DNA from: a virus
Virus record (IMG/VR): IMGVR_UViG_3300024502_000013
Coordinates: 9,995-73,994 of that record
Direction: 5' to 3' (one strand)
DNA: 64,000 nucleotides
In this document: in pieces, positions 43,115 through 52,741 of the stretch
Position numbering within the stretch: the stretch's first letter is position 1
Layout of the letters: each line of letters starts with the position of its first letter
Translations under genes and position numbers: made by a program
The notes under the pieces: generated by a model
What the model was told of the DNA's origin: nothing
The model's input: the letters and a program-made list of their open reading frames with translations, nothing else
Databases searched by the model: none

Positions 43115-43308
43115 AACAATTAATTGCATTGTTGACACTTACTATTGCTGCCGGTGCATTTGCTGCTGAAGAAAAGAAAGTTTGTGTAGATAGAGTCGGT
43201 AAAGATGGAAAAGTTGTTGTCGGTAAAGATGGTAAACCACAACAAGATTGCAAAGTAATCAAGATTCATAAGAAACTTGAGGGCACAGAAGTTCCTGTAA
43301 AGAAATAA
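43111..43308 (+). CDS. small secreted protein
   Basis: Signal peptide ending AFA-A; two Cys. Confidence 0.6.
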   Translation: MKQLIALLTLTIAAGAFAAEEKKVCVDRVGKDGKVVVGKDGKPQQDCKVIKIHKKLEGTEVPVKK

Positions 43309-43309
43309 T

Positions 43310-43744
43310 ATGTCCGAACAAGATATCACACAATTAAAGGTAGATGTTGGCGTCCTGAAAACTCAGGTATCGTCCATTACTGTTTTGTGTGATAAAATGG
43401 ACAAAGTTATTGAACGACTAACTGTAAGTCAAGAAAAAATTGTAGAACAGATTTATAACGATATGCGTCAAAGAGAAGAAGAAAAGGATGAAGATGTAAA
43501 AGAGATTCATTCTAGGATTACTACCATTAGTAGGGAGTTGTCCGACAAGGTGGAACTTACCGAACGCAGACTAATGGAAGAAATCAAGGCATTACGCAAA
43601 GACATTGCCGAACACAACAAAAAAGAAGATACCGAAATACAAAAAATCCTGGAATGGAAATGGATGGCAGCCGGTGGTATTCTTGTTTTGGCATGGTTGA
43701 TATCTCACCTGAAAAGTGATATAATTACGAAATTGATTAACTGA
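43310..43744 (+). CDS. coiled-coil protein with C-terminal TM helix
   Basis: Heptad pattern; WKWMAAGG. Confidence 0.6.
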   Translation: MSEQDITQLKVDVGVLKTQVSSITVLCDKMDKVIERLTVSQEKIVEQIYNDMRQREEEKDEDVKEIHSRITTISRELSDKVELTERRLMEEIKALRKDIAEHNKKEDTEIQKILEWKWMAAGGILVLAWLISHLKSDIITKLIN

Positions 43745-43761
43745 TTGTCTTTGTTTTTGTT

Positions 43762-44784
43762 ATGTCCATTTATATTGATAGAACCTTCTTGTTGAGGGTA
43801 TCTCCAAAACTTCCAAAATTCACACAGAAAAAAACGGATCTCTATAACTTCCGTTGTCCTATCTGTGGCGATTCATCCAAAAATAAAACAAAAGCCCGTG
43901 GCTACGTGTATGCCAAGAAGGGCAACTATTTCTTTATGTGCCACAATTGTGGTGCATCCATGTCCTTTTATAATTTCCTGGACAAAGTTGACTCCAGCTT
44001 ACTTAAAGAGTACTCACTAGAGCGTTACAAGAACGGTGAAACCGGCCGTGACAACTACAAAAAACCTGATTTTGAAATCGTAAAGGATACACCTAAGTTT
44101 AAAACTAAATTGTCACTGCCATCCATACAATCGTTGCCAGATGGTCACTATGCAAAAGATTATGTCCTTAACCGGAAGATTCCTGCGATACACCACGGTT
44201 CGTTGTATTATGCCGAGGATTTTAAGAAGTTTGTTGAAATTGATATGAAGATTGAAAAGGAGGGTTTAAAAGAGAACGATCCTCGTTTGGTCATTCCATT
44301 CTATGATGAGAATAAAAATCTCGTAGCCTTCCAAGGTCGTGCATTGGGTGAATCCAAGTTACGATACATAACAGTGAAGATGCAAGATGACAACATCAAA
44401 CTCTTTGGACTTGATAGGATCGACCTTGGTGATGAAGAAACTAAAGTGTATGTCACTGAGGGACCAATTGATTCCTTGTTCTTGGAGAACGCCGTGGCCA
44501 CGGCAGACGCAACTCTTACCAAAGCCGCAAACTATATTGACAAATCAAAAATAGTTTTGATTTACGATAACGAACCAAGAAATAAAGATATTTGTCGTCA
44601 CATGGAAAAAGCCATTGAGGAACATTATCTTATTGTCATCTGGCCAGAAATGATTGAGGAAAAAGATATTAATGAAATGATTTTGTCTGGTTTTTCACCG
44701 GACGAAATTCAAGATATTATAAGTAAAAATACATTCCAAAATTTGAGAGCGAAAATAGAATTTATAAACTGGAAAAAGGTGTGA
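43762..44784 (+). CDS. 61: DNA primase gp61
   Basis: NFRCPICGDS, CHNC, EGPIDS, DNE, KDIN. Confidence 0.96.
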   Translation: MSIYIDRTFLLRVSPKLPKFTQKKTDLYNFRCPICGDSSKNKTKARGYVYAKKGNYFFMCHNCGASMSFYNFLDKVDSSLLKEYSLERYKNGETGRDNYKKPDFEIVKDTPKFKTKLSLPSIQSLPDGHYAKDYVLNRKIPAIHHGSLYYAEDFKKFVEIDMKIEKEGLKENDPRLVIPFYDENKNLVAFQGRALGESKLRYITVKMQDDNIKLFGLDRIDLGDEETKVYVTEGPIDSLFLENAVATADATLTKAANYIDKSKIVLIYDNEPRNKDICRHMEKAIEEHYLIVIWPEMIEEKDINEMILSGFSPDEIQDIISKNTFQNLRAKIEFINWKKV

Positions 44785-44785
44785 A

Positions 44786-45442
44786 ATGACTGTTAGATTA
44801 ATTAATTATTCTCAGGACCCTGAGGGTCGCAATCTATTGGAACAAATTGCATATTGTGCAAGAGTATCCAACCCAGCAAATCAAGACAACACAGACACAG
44901 CAGAAAAGCTTGTTCGTTATTTGATTAAAAATCAACATTGGTCACCACTTGAAATGGTGAGTGTATGTTTAGAGATTGAAACGACAAGAGATATTGCTCG
45001 TCAGATTCTAAGGCATCGTTCATTTTCATTCCAAGAGTTCTCACAGCGTTATGCTGTTGCGGATTTAGGATATGAGTTGAAGGAGTGTCGCCTACAAGAC
45101 ACAAAGAATCGACAGAACAGTATTTCAATTAGTGGTACTGATGAAGAACGTCGATTGGCGTATCAGTGGGAGAATATGCAAAAGAATATTCACAAGATTA
45201 CACATGATACTTACAATTGGGCAATTGAACATGGTATTGCAAAAGAACAAGCACGAGCTGTTTTACCTGAAGGTATTACAGTATCAAGAATGTATATGAA
45301 TGGAACACTACGTTCATGGGTTCACTATATACAACTCCGTTCGGGTAATGGTACACAAAAAGAACATCAACAAATTGCTTTGAGGTGTGCTGATGCCATC
45401 GAACCTATCTTTCCTATGATTAAGGAGTTCATCAATGTATGA
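44786..45442 (+). CDS. thyX: flavin-dependent thymidylate synthase
   Basis: RHRSFSFQEFSQRY. Confidence 0.96.
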   Translation: MTVRLINYSQDPEGRNLLEQIAYCARVSNPANQDNTDTAEKLVRYLIKNQHWSPLEMVSVCLEIETTRDIARQILRHRSFSFQEFSQRYAVADLGYELKECRLQDTKNRQNSISISGTDEERRLAYQWENMQKNIHKITHDTYNWAIEHGIAKEQARAVLPEGITVSRMYMNGTLRSWVHYIQLRSGNGTQKEHQQIALRCADAIEPIFPMIKEFINV

Positions 45443-45785
45443 TGACGTTGTAAAATTTATTGAGGCGTGTGAACAGGAAAGAAACGGTCAGAACGCAGTA
45501 CTATATAAGAAACTCATTCGTGAAGAATTTGATGAATTCATTCGTGATTATCTTTCCAATGATGAAGTGGGGCAATTAGACGGTTGCATGGATATGATTT
45601 GGGTGATATTGGGTTATTGTTACATGAAAGGTTATGATGTGAACGGTGCATGGGATGAAGTTGCTCGTTCTAATCTTTCTAAAATTGATCCAGTGACCGG
45701 TAAAGTAAACAAGCGTGCAGATGGTAAAGTGTTGAAGCCTGAAGGTTGGACACCACCTAATCTGGAACCATTCGTAAAAAAATAA
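45435..45785 (+). CDS. MazG-like (PRA-PH type) NTP pyrophosphohydrolase
   Basis: EEFDE, D..D, V..SNLSK, DGKVLKP. Confidence 0.85.
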   Translation: MYDDVVKFIEACEQERNGQNAVLYKKLIREEFDEFIRDYLSNDEVGQLDGCMDMIWVILGYCYMKGYDVNGAWDEVARSNLSKIDPVTGKVNKRADGKVLKPEGWTPPNLEPFVKK

Positions 45786-45798
45786 TAAGGTAAAGAAA

Positions 45799-47610
45799 AT
45801 GGAATATCTTGGGATTAATATAGATTTAGAGAGAGATAAATTATTCGATGAGTTGGGTATCAAAAGACTTAAAGAATCATATATGCGAGAAGATGAAGAA
45901 TCTCCACAACATCGTTTTGCGTTTGTTTCGAAACAGTTTGGAAGTAATCCTGCTCACACTCAGCGTTTGTATGATTACAGCAGTAAGCATTGGCTTTCTT
46001 ATTCTACTCCCATTTTATCTTTTGGCCGTTCTAAGCGTGGGATGCCTATCTCTTGTTTCCTTAATTTTATTGAAGACACAGCGGAGGGACTAGTTGACAA
46101 TCTTAGTGAAACTAATTGGCTTTCTATGCTTGGCGGCGGTGTGGGCATTGGTTTCGGCATACGTTCTTCTGATGATAAATCAACAGGAGTCATGCCACAC
46201 CTCAAAATCTACGATGCGAGTTCTTTGGCTTATCGTCAAGGCCGCACTCGCCGTGGCAGTTATGCTGCTTACCTTGATATATCTCATCCTGATATTATCC
46301 CTTTTCTAGAAATGCGTAAACCAACAGGCGACCAAAATATGCGTTGTCTGAATCTACACCATGGAGTGAATATTCCAGATTCATTCATGGAAATAATCGA
46401 GCGTTGCATGATTGACAAAAACGCAAACGATGATTGGGAATTAAAAGATCCACATTCAGGTGAAGTGCGTGAAGTTGTATCTGCTAAGATGTTGTGGGAG
46501 AAATTAATGGACCTGCGTATGCACACAGGTGAACCATACATCCATTTTATTGATACAAGCAATCGTATGTTGCCACAATGGTTGAAAGACAAAGGTTTGA
46601 AAGTACATCAATCAAATCTATGTTCGGAAATTATTTTGCCGACAGATGAAAATCGTACTGCTGTATGTTGTCTTTCATCATTAAACTTGGAAACATATGA
46701 TGAGTGGAAGAATGATACACTTTTTCTACGTGACGTAGCAGAAATGCTTGATAACGTGTTGCAATATTTCATTGACAATGCTCCTGACTATATTGCTCGT
46801 GCCAAATATTCTGCTATGCGTGAACGTTCTATTGGCGTTGGCGCTTTGGGTTTCCATGCTTATCTCCAACGAAAAGGTGTGGCTTTCGAATCTGCAATTG
46901 CAAAATCAATCAACAATCAAATCTTTAGAACAATAAGAAAGGGATTAGATGAAGCAAATGTTCAACTCGGTCTGGAACGTGGCGAAGCACCCGATGCTGT
47001 GGGCACTGGTTTCCGTTTTAGTCATCTTATGGCTATTGCTCCAAATGCTTCTTCGTCTATCATATTGGGAAATACTAGCCCTAGTGTTGAGCCTTGGCGT
47101 GCTAATGCATACCGTCAGGACACTTTATCGGGCTCATATCTAAACAAGAACCGTTATCTTGATAAAGTCATTATGAATTATCTTGCACCAGATGGCACAC
47201 CATTAACACCAAAAGGTGAAGATGAGTATCAACAAATTTGGTCGAGTATCATTGCTAACGATGGTTCAGTTCAACATTTAGAGTGGATGAGTGAAATTGA
47301 TAAAGAAGTCTTTAAAACATCCATGGAAATTGACCAGCGTTGGGTGATTGAACATGCTGCTGACCGTCAACAATACATTGACCAGGCACAAAGCCTAAAT
47401 GTATTCTTTAGACCAGACAGCCATGTTAAGTATATTCATGCCGTACACTTTATGGCATGGAAAAAAGGATTAAAGACACTTTATTACTGCCGTAGTGAAA
47501 AATTGGCTAAGGCTGATAAAGTATCAAAGAGGATTGAGCGTGAAGTCATTAAAGAATTAGATATGACACAGATTGCTCAAGGAAACGATTGTATTGCTTG
47601 TGAGGGTTAA
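45799..47610 (+). CDS. nrdA: ribonucleotide reductase class I alpha subunit
   Basis: SCF, SNLCSE, APNASS, YY, C-terminal CxxC. Confidence 0.96.
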   Translation: MEYLGINIDLERDKLFDELGIKRLKESYMREDEESPQHRFAFVSKQFGSNPAHTQRLYDYSSKHWLSYSTPILSFGRSKRGMPISCFLNFIEDTAEGLVDNLSETNWLSMLGGGVGIGFGIRSSDDKSTGVMPHLKIYDASSLAYRQGRTRRGSYAAYLDISHPDIIPFLEMRKPTGDQNMRCLNLHHGVNIPDSFMEIIERCMIDKNANDDWELKDPHSGEVREVVSAKMLWEKLMDLRMHTGEPYIHFIDTSNRMLPQWLKDKGLKVHQSNLCSEIILPTDENRTAVCCLSSLNLETYDEWKNDTLFLRDVAEMLDNVLQYFIDNAPDYIARAKYSAMRERSIGVGALGFHAYLQRKGVAFESAIAKSINNQIFRTIRKGLDEANVQLGLERGEAPDAVGTGFRFSHLMAIAPNASSSIILGNTSPSVEPWRANAYRQDTLSGSYLNKNRYLDKVIMNYLAPDGTPLTPKGEDEYQQIWSSIIANDGSVQHLEWMSEIDKEVFKTSMEIDQRWVIEHAADRQQYIDQAQSLNVFFRPDSHVKYIHAVHFMAWKKGLKTLYYCRSEKLAKADKVSKRIEREVIKELDMTQIAQGNDCIACEG

Positions 47611-48249
47611 ATGGCTCATATAATTGCCAACTTACCTCCAGTTAGGTGTTTTATTAGAAAAGAATTCCTATATGATTTTCAAAAGGGATTTGGTGAATTG
47701 GTTCCTTGTTGGTGGATAAGTATCAAATCAATAAGAGGTCAAGCTTTTCGTATAGAATCATATCTGAATGAATATGGTGCTTTATATGATAAATTACCAA
47801 TTAGTGCATATTGTTGGAAACCAATTGAAGGTGAACCACTGTCTTTGGACTATTTGCAACTATGGGATAGTTTGAGTTATGATATAACTGTTTTGAAAAA
47901 ATCACAGTTACAATCAATGAGGTGCAAATTTAAATTAAAAGATGGTGGTTGGATGTATGGTGAATATATGTTTACTGTAGATTCTGCACATCCAGATTTT
48001 AATATATTGGATACAGGATTTTCAGAAGAAATTGAGGACCACAAATCCTATAATTTCATTAAATGTGATAACGGCCAATTCGCTGCACAACCAAACAATA
48101 GATTAATCATATTTGAACCATCAAGCAATCCAAAAGAATTGAAAATGCCTGATTTTAAAGTATCAACAAAAAGATGGTCAGTTGAAACTAATGCAAAATG
48201 GTCTTTAGGTGACACTGACACAGTAATGTATGAAAGAGAGAACAAATGA
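47611..48249 (+). CDS. conserved hypothetical protein
   Basis: GALYDKLPISA, GQFAAQPNNR. Confidence 0.7.
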   Translation: MAHIIANLPPVRCFIRKEFLYDFQKGFGELVPCWWISIKSIRGQAFRIESYLNEYGALYDKLPISAYCWKPIEGEPLSLDYLQLWDSLSYDITVLKKSQLQSMRCKFKLKDGGWMYGEYMFTVDSAHPDFNILDTGFSEEIEDHKSYNFIKCDNGQFAAQPNNRLIIFEPSSNPKELKMPDFKVSTKRWSVETNAKWSLGDTDTVMYERENK

Positions 48250-48491
48250 AAGTTATTAGATTTACCGCATCGTGGTGTCAACCATGTAAAATGTTAGAAA
48301 AGAATTTACAGTCAATTAAAACAAACATTCCTATTGAAGTTGTTGATATTGATGAAAATACAGAAGCTGCTATGAATTTTGGTATACGTAGTGTACCAAC
48401 TCTGGTGATGTTGGACGAAAATTACAACATTTTGAAAAAACAAACTGGTGTGCAGTCATTAAAACAATTAGAGGAATGGTTCAATGATTAA
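48246..48491 (+). CDS. thioredoxin
   Basis: WCQPC, SVPT. Confidence 0.9.
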   Translation: MKVIRFTASWCQPCKMLEKNLQSIKTNIPIEVVDIDENTEAAMNFGIRSVPTLVMLDENYNILKKQTGVQSLKQLEEWFND

Positions 48492-49470
48492 AAAACAAAA
48501 TTATAAGTTAACTGACGAACGCAGTAGCTTTAAACCATTTGTATATCCTTGGGCATATGAAGCATGGTTGAAACATGAACAGATTCACTGGCTTCATACC
48601 GAAGTTCCTATGTTAGAAGATGAAAAAGACTGGAAAAGGAAATTAAGTAATGATGAAAAACAATTCCTTACGCACATTTTTAGGTTCTTTACTCAAGGTG
48701 ATATTGATGTGGCAGGCGGCTACGTTAGGAATTATCTACCTTATTTCCCACAGCCTGAGGTGAGAATGATGCTCATGGGTTTCGCTGCCCGTGAAGCATT
48801 GCATATTGCTGCATATTCTCATTTGATTGAAACTCTTGGTCTGCCAGAAACAACATACAATGAATTCCTAGAGTATTCGGAGATGCGTGACAAACATGAA
48901 TATGTTTTGGACATTGCATCAAACAATAGTACAAAAGAGAACACTGCACGCCATATCGCCGTGTTCAGTGCTTTTACTGAAGGTATGCAGTTGTTCTCCT
49001 CTTTCATTATGTTGTTAAATTTCCCACGTAACGGAAAGATGAAGGGCATGGGTCAGATTGTTACTTGGTCTATTGTTGATGAAACAATGCACGCCGAGAA
49101 CATGATGAAATTATTTAAAACATATATAAATGAAAACCCGGAAATTTGGAATGATGAGTTGAAATCTTCAATCTATACCATTGCTGAAAGAATGGTGGAG
49201 TTAGAAGACAAGTTTATTGATTTGGCGTTTGGTGTAACTGAAATGGAAAGACTAACAAAAGAAGATGTTAAGAAATACATTCGTTACATTGCTGACCGTA
49301 GATTGATTGGGCTTGGTATGAAGGGTATTTTTAAAGTTAAGCGCAATCCATTACCATGGGTTGAAGAAATGATTAATGCTCCAACACATACCAACTTCTT
49401 TGAGAATCGTGCAACAGACTACGCAAAAGGTGCTCAGCAAGGAACTTGGGGTGATGTTTGGGCTCATTAA
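48484..49470 (+). CDS. nrdB: ribonucleotide reductase class Ia beta subunit
   Basis: EALH..Y, EG..F, DETMH, NFFE..Y. Confidence 0.96.
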   Translation: MIKKQNYKLTDERSSFKPFVYPWAYEAWLKHEQIHWLHTEVPMLEDEKDWKRKLSNDEKQFLTHIFRFFTQGDIDVAGGYVRNYLPYFPQPEVRMMLMGFAAREALHIAAYSHLIETLGLPETTYNEFLEYSEMRDKHEYVLDIASNNSTKENTARHIAVFSAFTEGMQLFSSFIMLLNFPRNGKMKGMGQIVTWSIVDETMHAENMMKLFKTYINENPEIWNDELKSSIYTIAERMVELEDKFIDLAFGVTEMERLTKEDVKKYIRYIADRRLIGLGMKGIFKVKRNPLPWVEEMINAPTHTNFFENRATDYAKGAQQGTWGDVWAH

Positions 49471-49479
49471 GGAGTCAAA

Positions 49480-49665
49480 ATGACCAAACTAGTTACTGGC
49501 GAATGCCTGAATTGTGAATCAAGTTATGAAGTTGCTTATGTAGAACAATTGGTGTCGCAAGAATTACCAGAACATTGCCCATTTTGTGGAGAACTCATCG
49601 AAGATATACAAGAAGAATATATAGATGAGGATGAACAAGATGATGATGATTCAAAATGGGATTAA
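49480..49665 (+). CDS. zinc-ribbon protein
   Basis: CLNC, CPFC, acidic tail. Confidence 0.7.
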   Translation: MTKLVTGECLNCESSYEVAYVEQLVSQELPEHCPFCGELIEDIQEEYIDEDEQDDDDSKWD

Positions 49666-50063
49666 ACTGGACATATAATGACACTGAATTTACCGAGGAA
49701 ATGATTGGTGATAACTATGGATTCGTCTATTGTATCACCAACACAACAAACGGAAAGAAGTACATAGGTAAGAAATTCTTTTACAGTTCCAAAACCAAAC
49801 AAGTAAAAGGTAAGAAAAAACGTTACAAAGTTTTTTCAGACTGGCAAACTTACTATGGTAGCAATGAGGAATTGAAAAAAGATGTTATAATACACGGAAA
49901 GGAATGTTTCAAGCGAGAGATACTCCATTTGTGCCTATCCAAAGGTGCAGCAGGTTATCTTGAAGCAAAGGAACAATTTGTCAATGGTGTATTAGAAAGT
50001 GATGAGTATTACAATACCTGGATTATGGTAAGAGTGAGAAAATCGCATCTTAAAGGAATTTAA
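49656..50063 (+). CDS. GIY-YIG endonuclease (Seg-like)
   Basis: GFVY..KYIG..YYGS..YN. Confidence 0.85.
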   Translation: MGLNWTYNDTEFTEEMIGDNYGFVYCITNTTNGKKYIGKKFFYSSKTKQVKGKKKRYKVFSDWQTYYGSNEELKKDVIIHGKECFKREILHLCLSKGAAGYLEAKEQFVNGVLESDEYYNTWIMVRVRKSHLKGI

Positions 50064-50419
50064 TGTTAGAAATTTTCAAACACATTGGAGATTATGATAC
50101 AATCTTTTTTGTGCCACACCCGGAAGGTGATGACGACCAAGTGAAATTGGAAGTTGCACAATATAGAGAAAAGAGTGAAAAAGTTGGTGGTTCAGAAATG
50201 GGTGATTTGTTCGATATCATCATTTTTCGTATGAATGAAGAATATGATATTGTGGACTTGGATAGATTCGATGGCATTCTAATTGATCCTAGAGAATATG
50301 TTACAAGAATGATTAAAGATGATTGGTATGGTATGATTACCAGGAAAACTACCACATCCGACAAACTGGCCAAGGACATATTTGCCAAATGGTCAAATTT
50401 GAGTTATAATAACGAATAA
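50063..50419 (+). CDS. hypothetical protein
   Basis: Translationally coupled ORF. Confidence 0.6.
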   Translation: MLEIFKHIGDYDTIFFVPHPEGDDDQVKLEVAQYREKSEKVGGSEMGDLFDIIIFRMNEEYDIVDLDRFDGILIDPREYVTRMIKDDWYGMITRKTTTSDKLAKDIFAKWSNLSYNNE

Positions 50420-50438
50420 CAACTTTTAATGATACATT

Positions 50439-51302
50439 ATGATTCTCGTTGATTTAAATCAAGTACTGTTGGCAGGCCTCATGGCTCAAATTGCCAACCA
50501 AAAGCCGAAACTCAAATTAGAAGAAGATTTGATTCGTCACATGGTTCTGAATATCATCAGAACTCACCTAAAGAACTTCCGCAAAGAATACGGTGAGGTT
50601 GTTCTGTGTGCTGACAACCGTAAATACTGGCGCAAGGAATTCTTCCCCTTCTACAAGGCACACCGCAAGAAAGCACGGGAGAAATCCGACCTTGATTGGC
50701 ATCTTATCTTTGATATGCTTGCCAAATTCAAAGTTGAACTCAAGGAAAACTTTCCATACAAAGTAATTGATGTTGAAGGTGCAGAAGCCGATGATATCAT
50801 TGGTACGCTTGCACCTCGAGCTGTCATGCATGAAGATGTATTGATTATTTCCAGTGATGGAGACTTTCTACAACTGCAAATGTATAATAACAAGTCACAA
50901 CACAAAATCAAACAATATAATCCTGCACAGAAGAAATTCCTTGTGTCAGAAGATCCGTTGAAAGAATTGAAAATGAAAATTATCAACGGAGATAAAGGTG
51001 ACGGTATTCCAAACATCATTTCTTCTGGTGATACATTCGTTACTGGCCAAAGGCAGAAACGTATGACTGAGCAAAAGATGGAGAAATACCTAAATGAAGA
51101 ATATGTAAATTACGATACGATTGCAAACACAGGATTCGCACGTAATCAGGTACTAATCGACCTGAGAAACATACCAGGCGAAATAAAGACTAAAATCATA
51201 AATACCTATGAAGAAACAAAACCCGCATCTAAGGGAAAAATTTTAGATTACTTTATCGCAAACAAACTTAAAAACCTAATGGATGTTATTGAGGAATTTT
51301 GA
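50439..51302 (+). CDS. rnh: T4 RNase H (5'-3' exonuclease)
   Basis: YWRK..YKA.R, EADD, SSDGDF.QL, GDKGDGIPN. Confidence 0.95.
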   Translation: MILVDLNQVLLAGLMAQIANQKPKLKLEEDLIRHMVLNIIRTHLKNFRKEYGEVVLCADNRKYWRKEFFPFYKAHRKKAREKSDLDWHLIFDMLAKFKVELKENFPYKVIDVEGAEADDIIGTLAPRAVMHEDVLIISSDGDFLQLQMYNNKSQHKIKQYNPAQKKFLVSEDPLKELKMKIINGDKGDGIPNIISSGDTFVTGQRQKRMTEQKMEKYLNEEYVNYDTIANTGFARNQVLIDLRNIPGEIKTKIINTYEETKPASKGKILDYFIANKLKNLMDVIEEF

Positions 51303-51727
51303 TGAAACCACTTTATGAAATTTTTGATGAATTTGAAGAAGCCAAAAATAAACAAGAACGAATGGCTGTAATTGGCAAATACCTTTCACATACATTAGTT
51401 GATGTTTTGAGGATGACATATCATCCCGACTATCAATGGAAAGTCAAAGAATTACCCGACAACTACAAAGTGCCAACAGATATTTTACCTGGCATCACAT
51501 ATGATGGTCTTAATGCACAATTACGCAGATTGTATATGTTTCAAGTCGGAAATCCAACAGCAGAAAATCTAACAGATAAAAGACGCAAAGAGCTTTTAAT
51601 TCAAGTGTTGGAATCTATCGAACCCAGAGAAGCTGAAATCATTCTTGGAATTTTCCAGAAAGATTTGGGTGTTAAAGGCCTTGATTATAAATTTGTCAAG
51701 GCAGCATTTCCTAATATGTTACCTTAA
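51299..51727 (+). CDS. conserved T4-like protein
   Basis: Follows rnh; LESI..EAE..K..AFP. Confidence 0.65.
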   Translation: MMKPLYEIFDEFEEAKNKQERMAVIGKYLSHTLVDVLRMTYHPDYQWKVKELPDNYKVPTDILPGITYDGLNAQLRRLYMFQVGNPTAENLTDKRRKELLIQVLESIEPREAEIILGIFQKDLGVKGLDYKFVKAAFPNMLP

Positions 51728-51739
51728 TAAGGAGTTTTT

Positions 51740-51922
51740 GTGTCTAAAGTTATGTCTAAGTTTCGTAAAGCTCGGGACTACGATGATGATGATTTTCTTG
51801 ATAAAGAATATGATAAGAAAAAAGTACGCAAAAAGGATCAGCGTAAATTAAAGTATTATGATGACTATGAATCCTACTACGGTAGTCGTCAAAGTGCAAA
51901 GACACAAAAATACCGATACTGA
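51740..51922 (+). CDS. small charged protein
   Basis: AAGGAG RBS. Confidence 0.55.
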   Translation: MSKVMSKFRKARDYDDDDFLDKEYDKKKVRKKDQRKLKYYDDYESYYGSRQSAKTQKYRY

Positions 51923-51974
51923 TGTTGTAGATACACAACAAATCACTTGACAATATCTCCAGCTATGTTATAAT
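51923..51974 (+). promoter_or_regulatory. palindrome followed by a promoter
   Basis: TGTTGTAGATACACAACA, then TTGACA-16-TATAAT with TGn extension. Confidence 0.7.
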
Positions 51975-52000
51975 ACATTTTATTCGTTGGAGATATTGTT

Positions 52001-52333
52001 ATGATGATTTACACTCGCACACCAAAATCCAAAAAGCGTAAACCTAACGCTACTCAGCGCCAACTTGCTGCTGAGTGGGATGAAATTGTCAAAAAATACG
52101 AACCCAAAAAACCCGTAAAGTACAAAGCTGTCACTTGGCAGCCTTCCAAGCCTTTTGTACGTGAAACTCCTAAGTATCCATCATTAAATAGCTTTGGCGG
52201 CAACGCCACAAAAGCAGAAACCAAGGTTTACACAGGCGACAAGATGCTCGGAATTGCAACTTTGCACAAATCAAACGCTGTTCCTGTGTTTAACAGCGAG
52301 GAAGCAGTAGATATTTCGAAAATGAGGCGTTAA
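52001..52333 (+). CDS. conserved basic phage protein
   Basis: YTG..GIATLHKSNAVPV..ISKMRR. Confidence 0.75.
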   Translation: MMIYTRTPKSKKRKPNATQRQLAAEWDEIVKKYEPKKPVKYKAVTWQPSKPFVRETPKYPSLNSFGGNATKAETKVYTGDKMLGIATLHKSNAVPVFNSEEAVDISKMRR

Positions 52334-52564
52334 AATGAGCCAAAAAATGAATTTTGTTGTAAAATTGCAACGGCCTGTTTGTAGGACGCCCATTAAGCCT
52401 GTTCAAAAGCACAAAAATGAGGTAAAATATGAGCGAAAACCAAAACACCGAGCAAAATCTCTCACCTATTGATTGGAGAACGCTTGACCAAGCAGTCCGT
52501 AGATGGGTTGCTCTGTCTGGTTATGAAAAAGATTTAGAAAAATACAGATCCTTACAAGAAGATT

Positions 52565-52741
52565 ATGACGAAAAAATACTACGTGGATATAATTGATGCT
52601 GGTGATGGTTCAGATGATGTAATTTTACAACTACCTGATGATTTGATACTTGACATGGGTTGGAAACCTGGTACAATACTAAATCTGAAGGTTGAAGAAA
52701 CGCCAACCGGCAATATTTTGATTATGACGGAGAAAAAATGA
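52565..52741 (+). CDS. AbrB/MazE-like small DNA-binding protein
   Basis: DVILQLPDDLILDMGWKPGTILNL. Confidence 0.65.
   Translation: MTKKYYVDIIDAGDGSDDVILQLPDDLILDMGWKPGTILNLKVEETPTGNILIMTEKK

Noticed and set aside
18517-49470. Introns or inteins in gp43, gp41, nrdA, nrdB or thyX
   Set aside because: The ORFs are continuous, of ordinary length, and show no intein terminal motifs.
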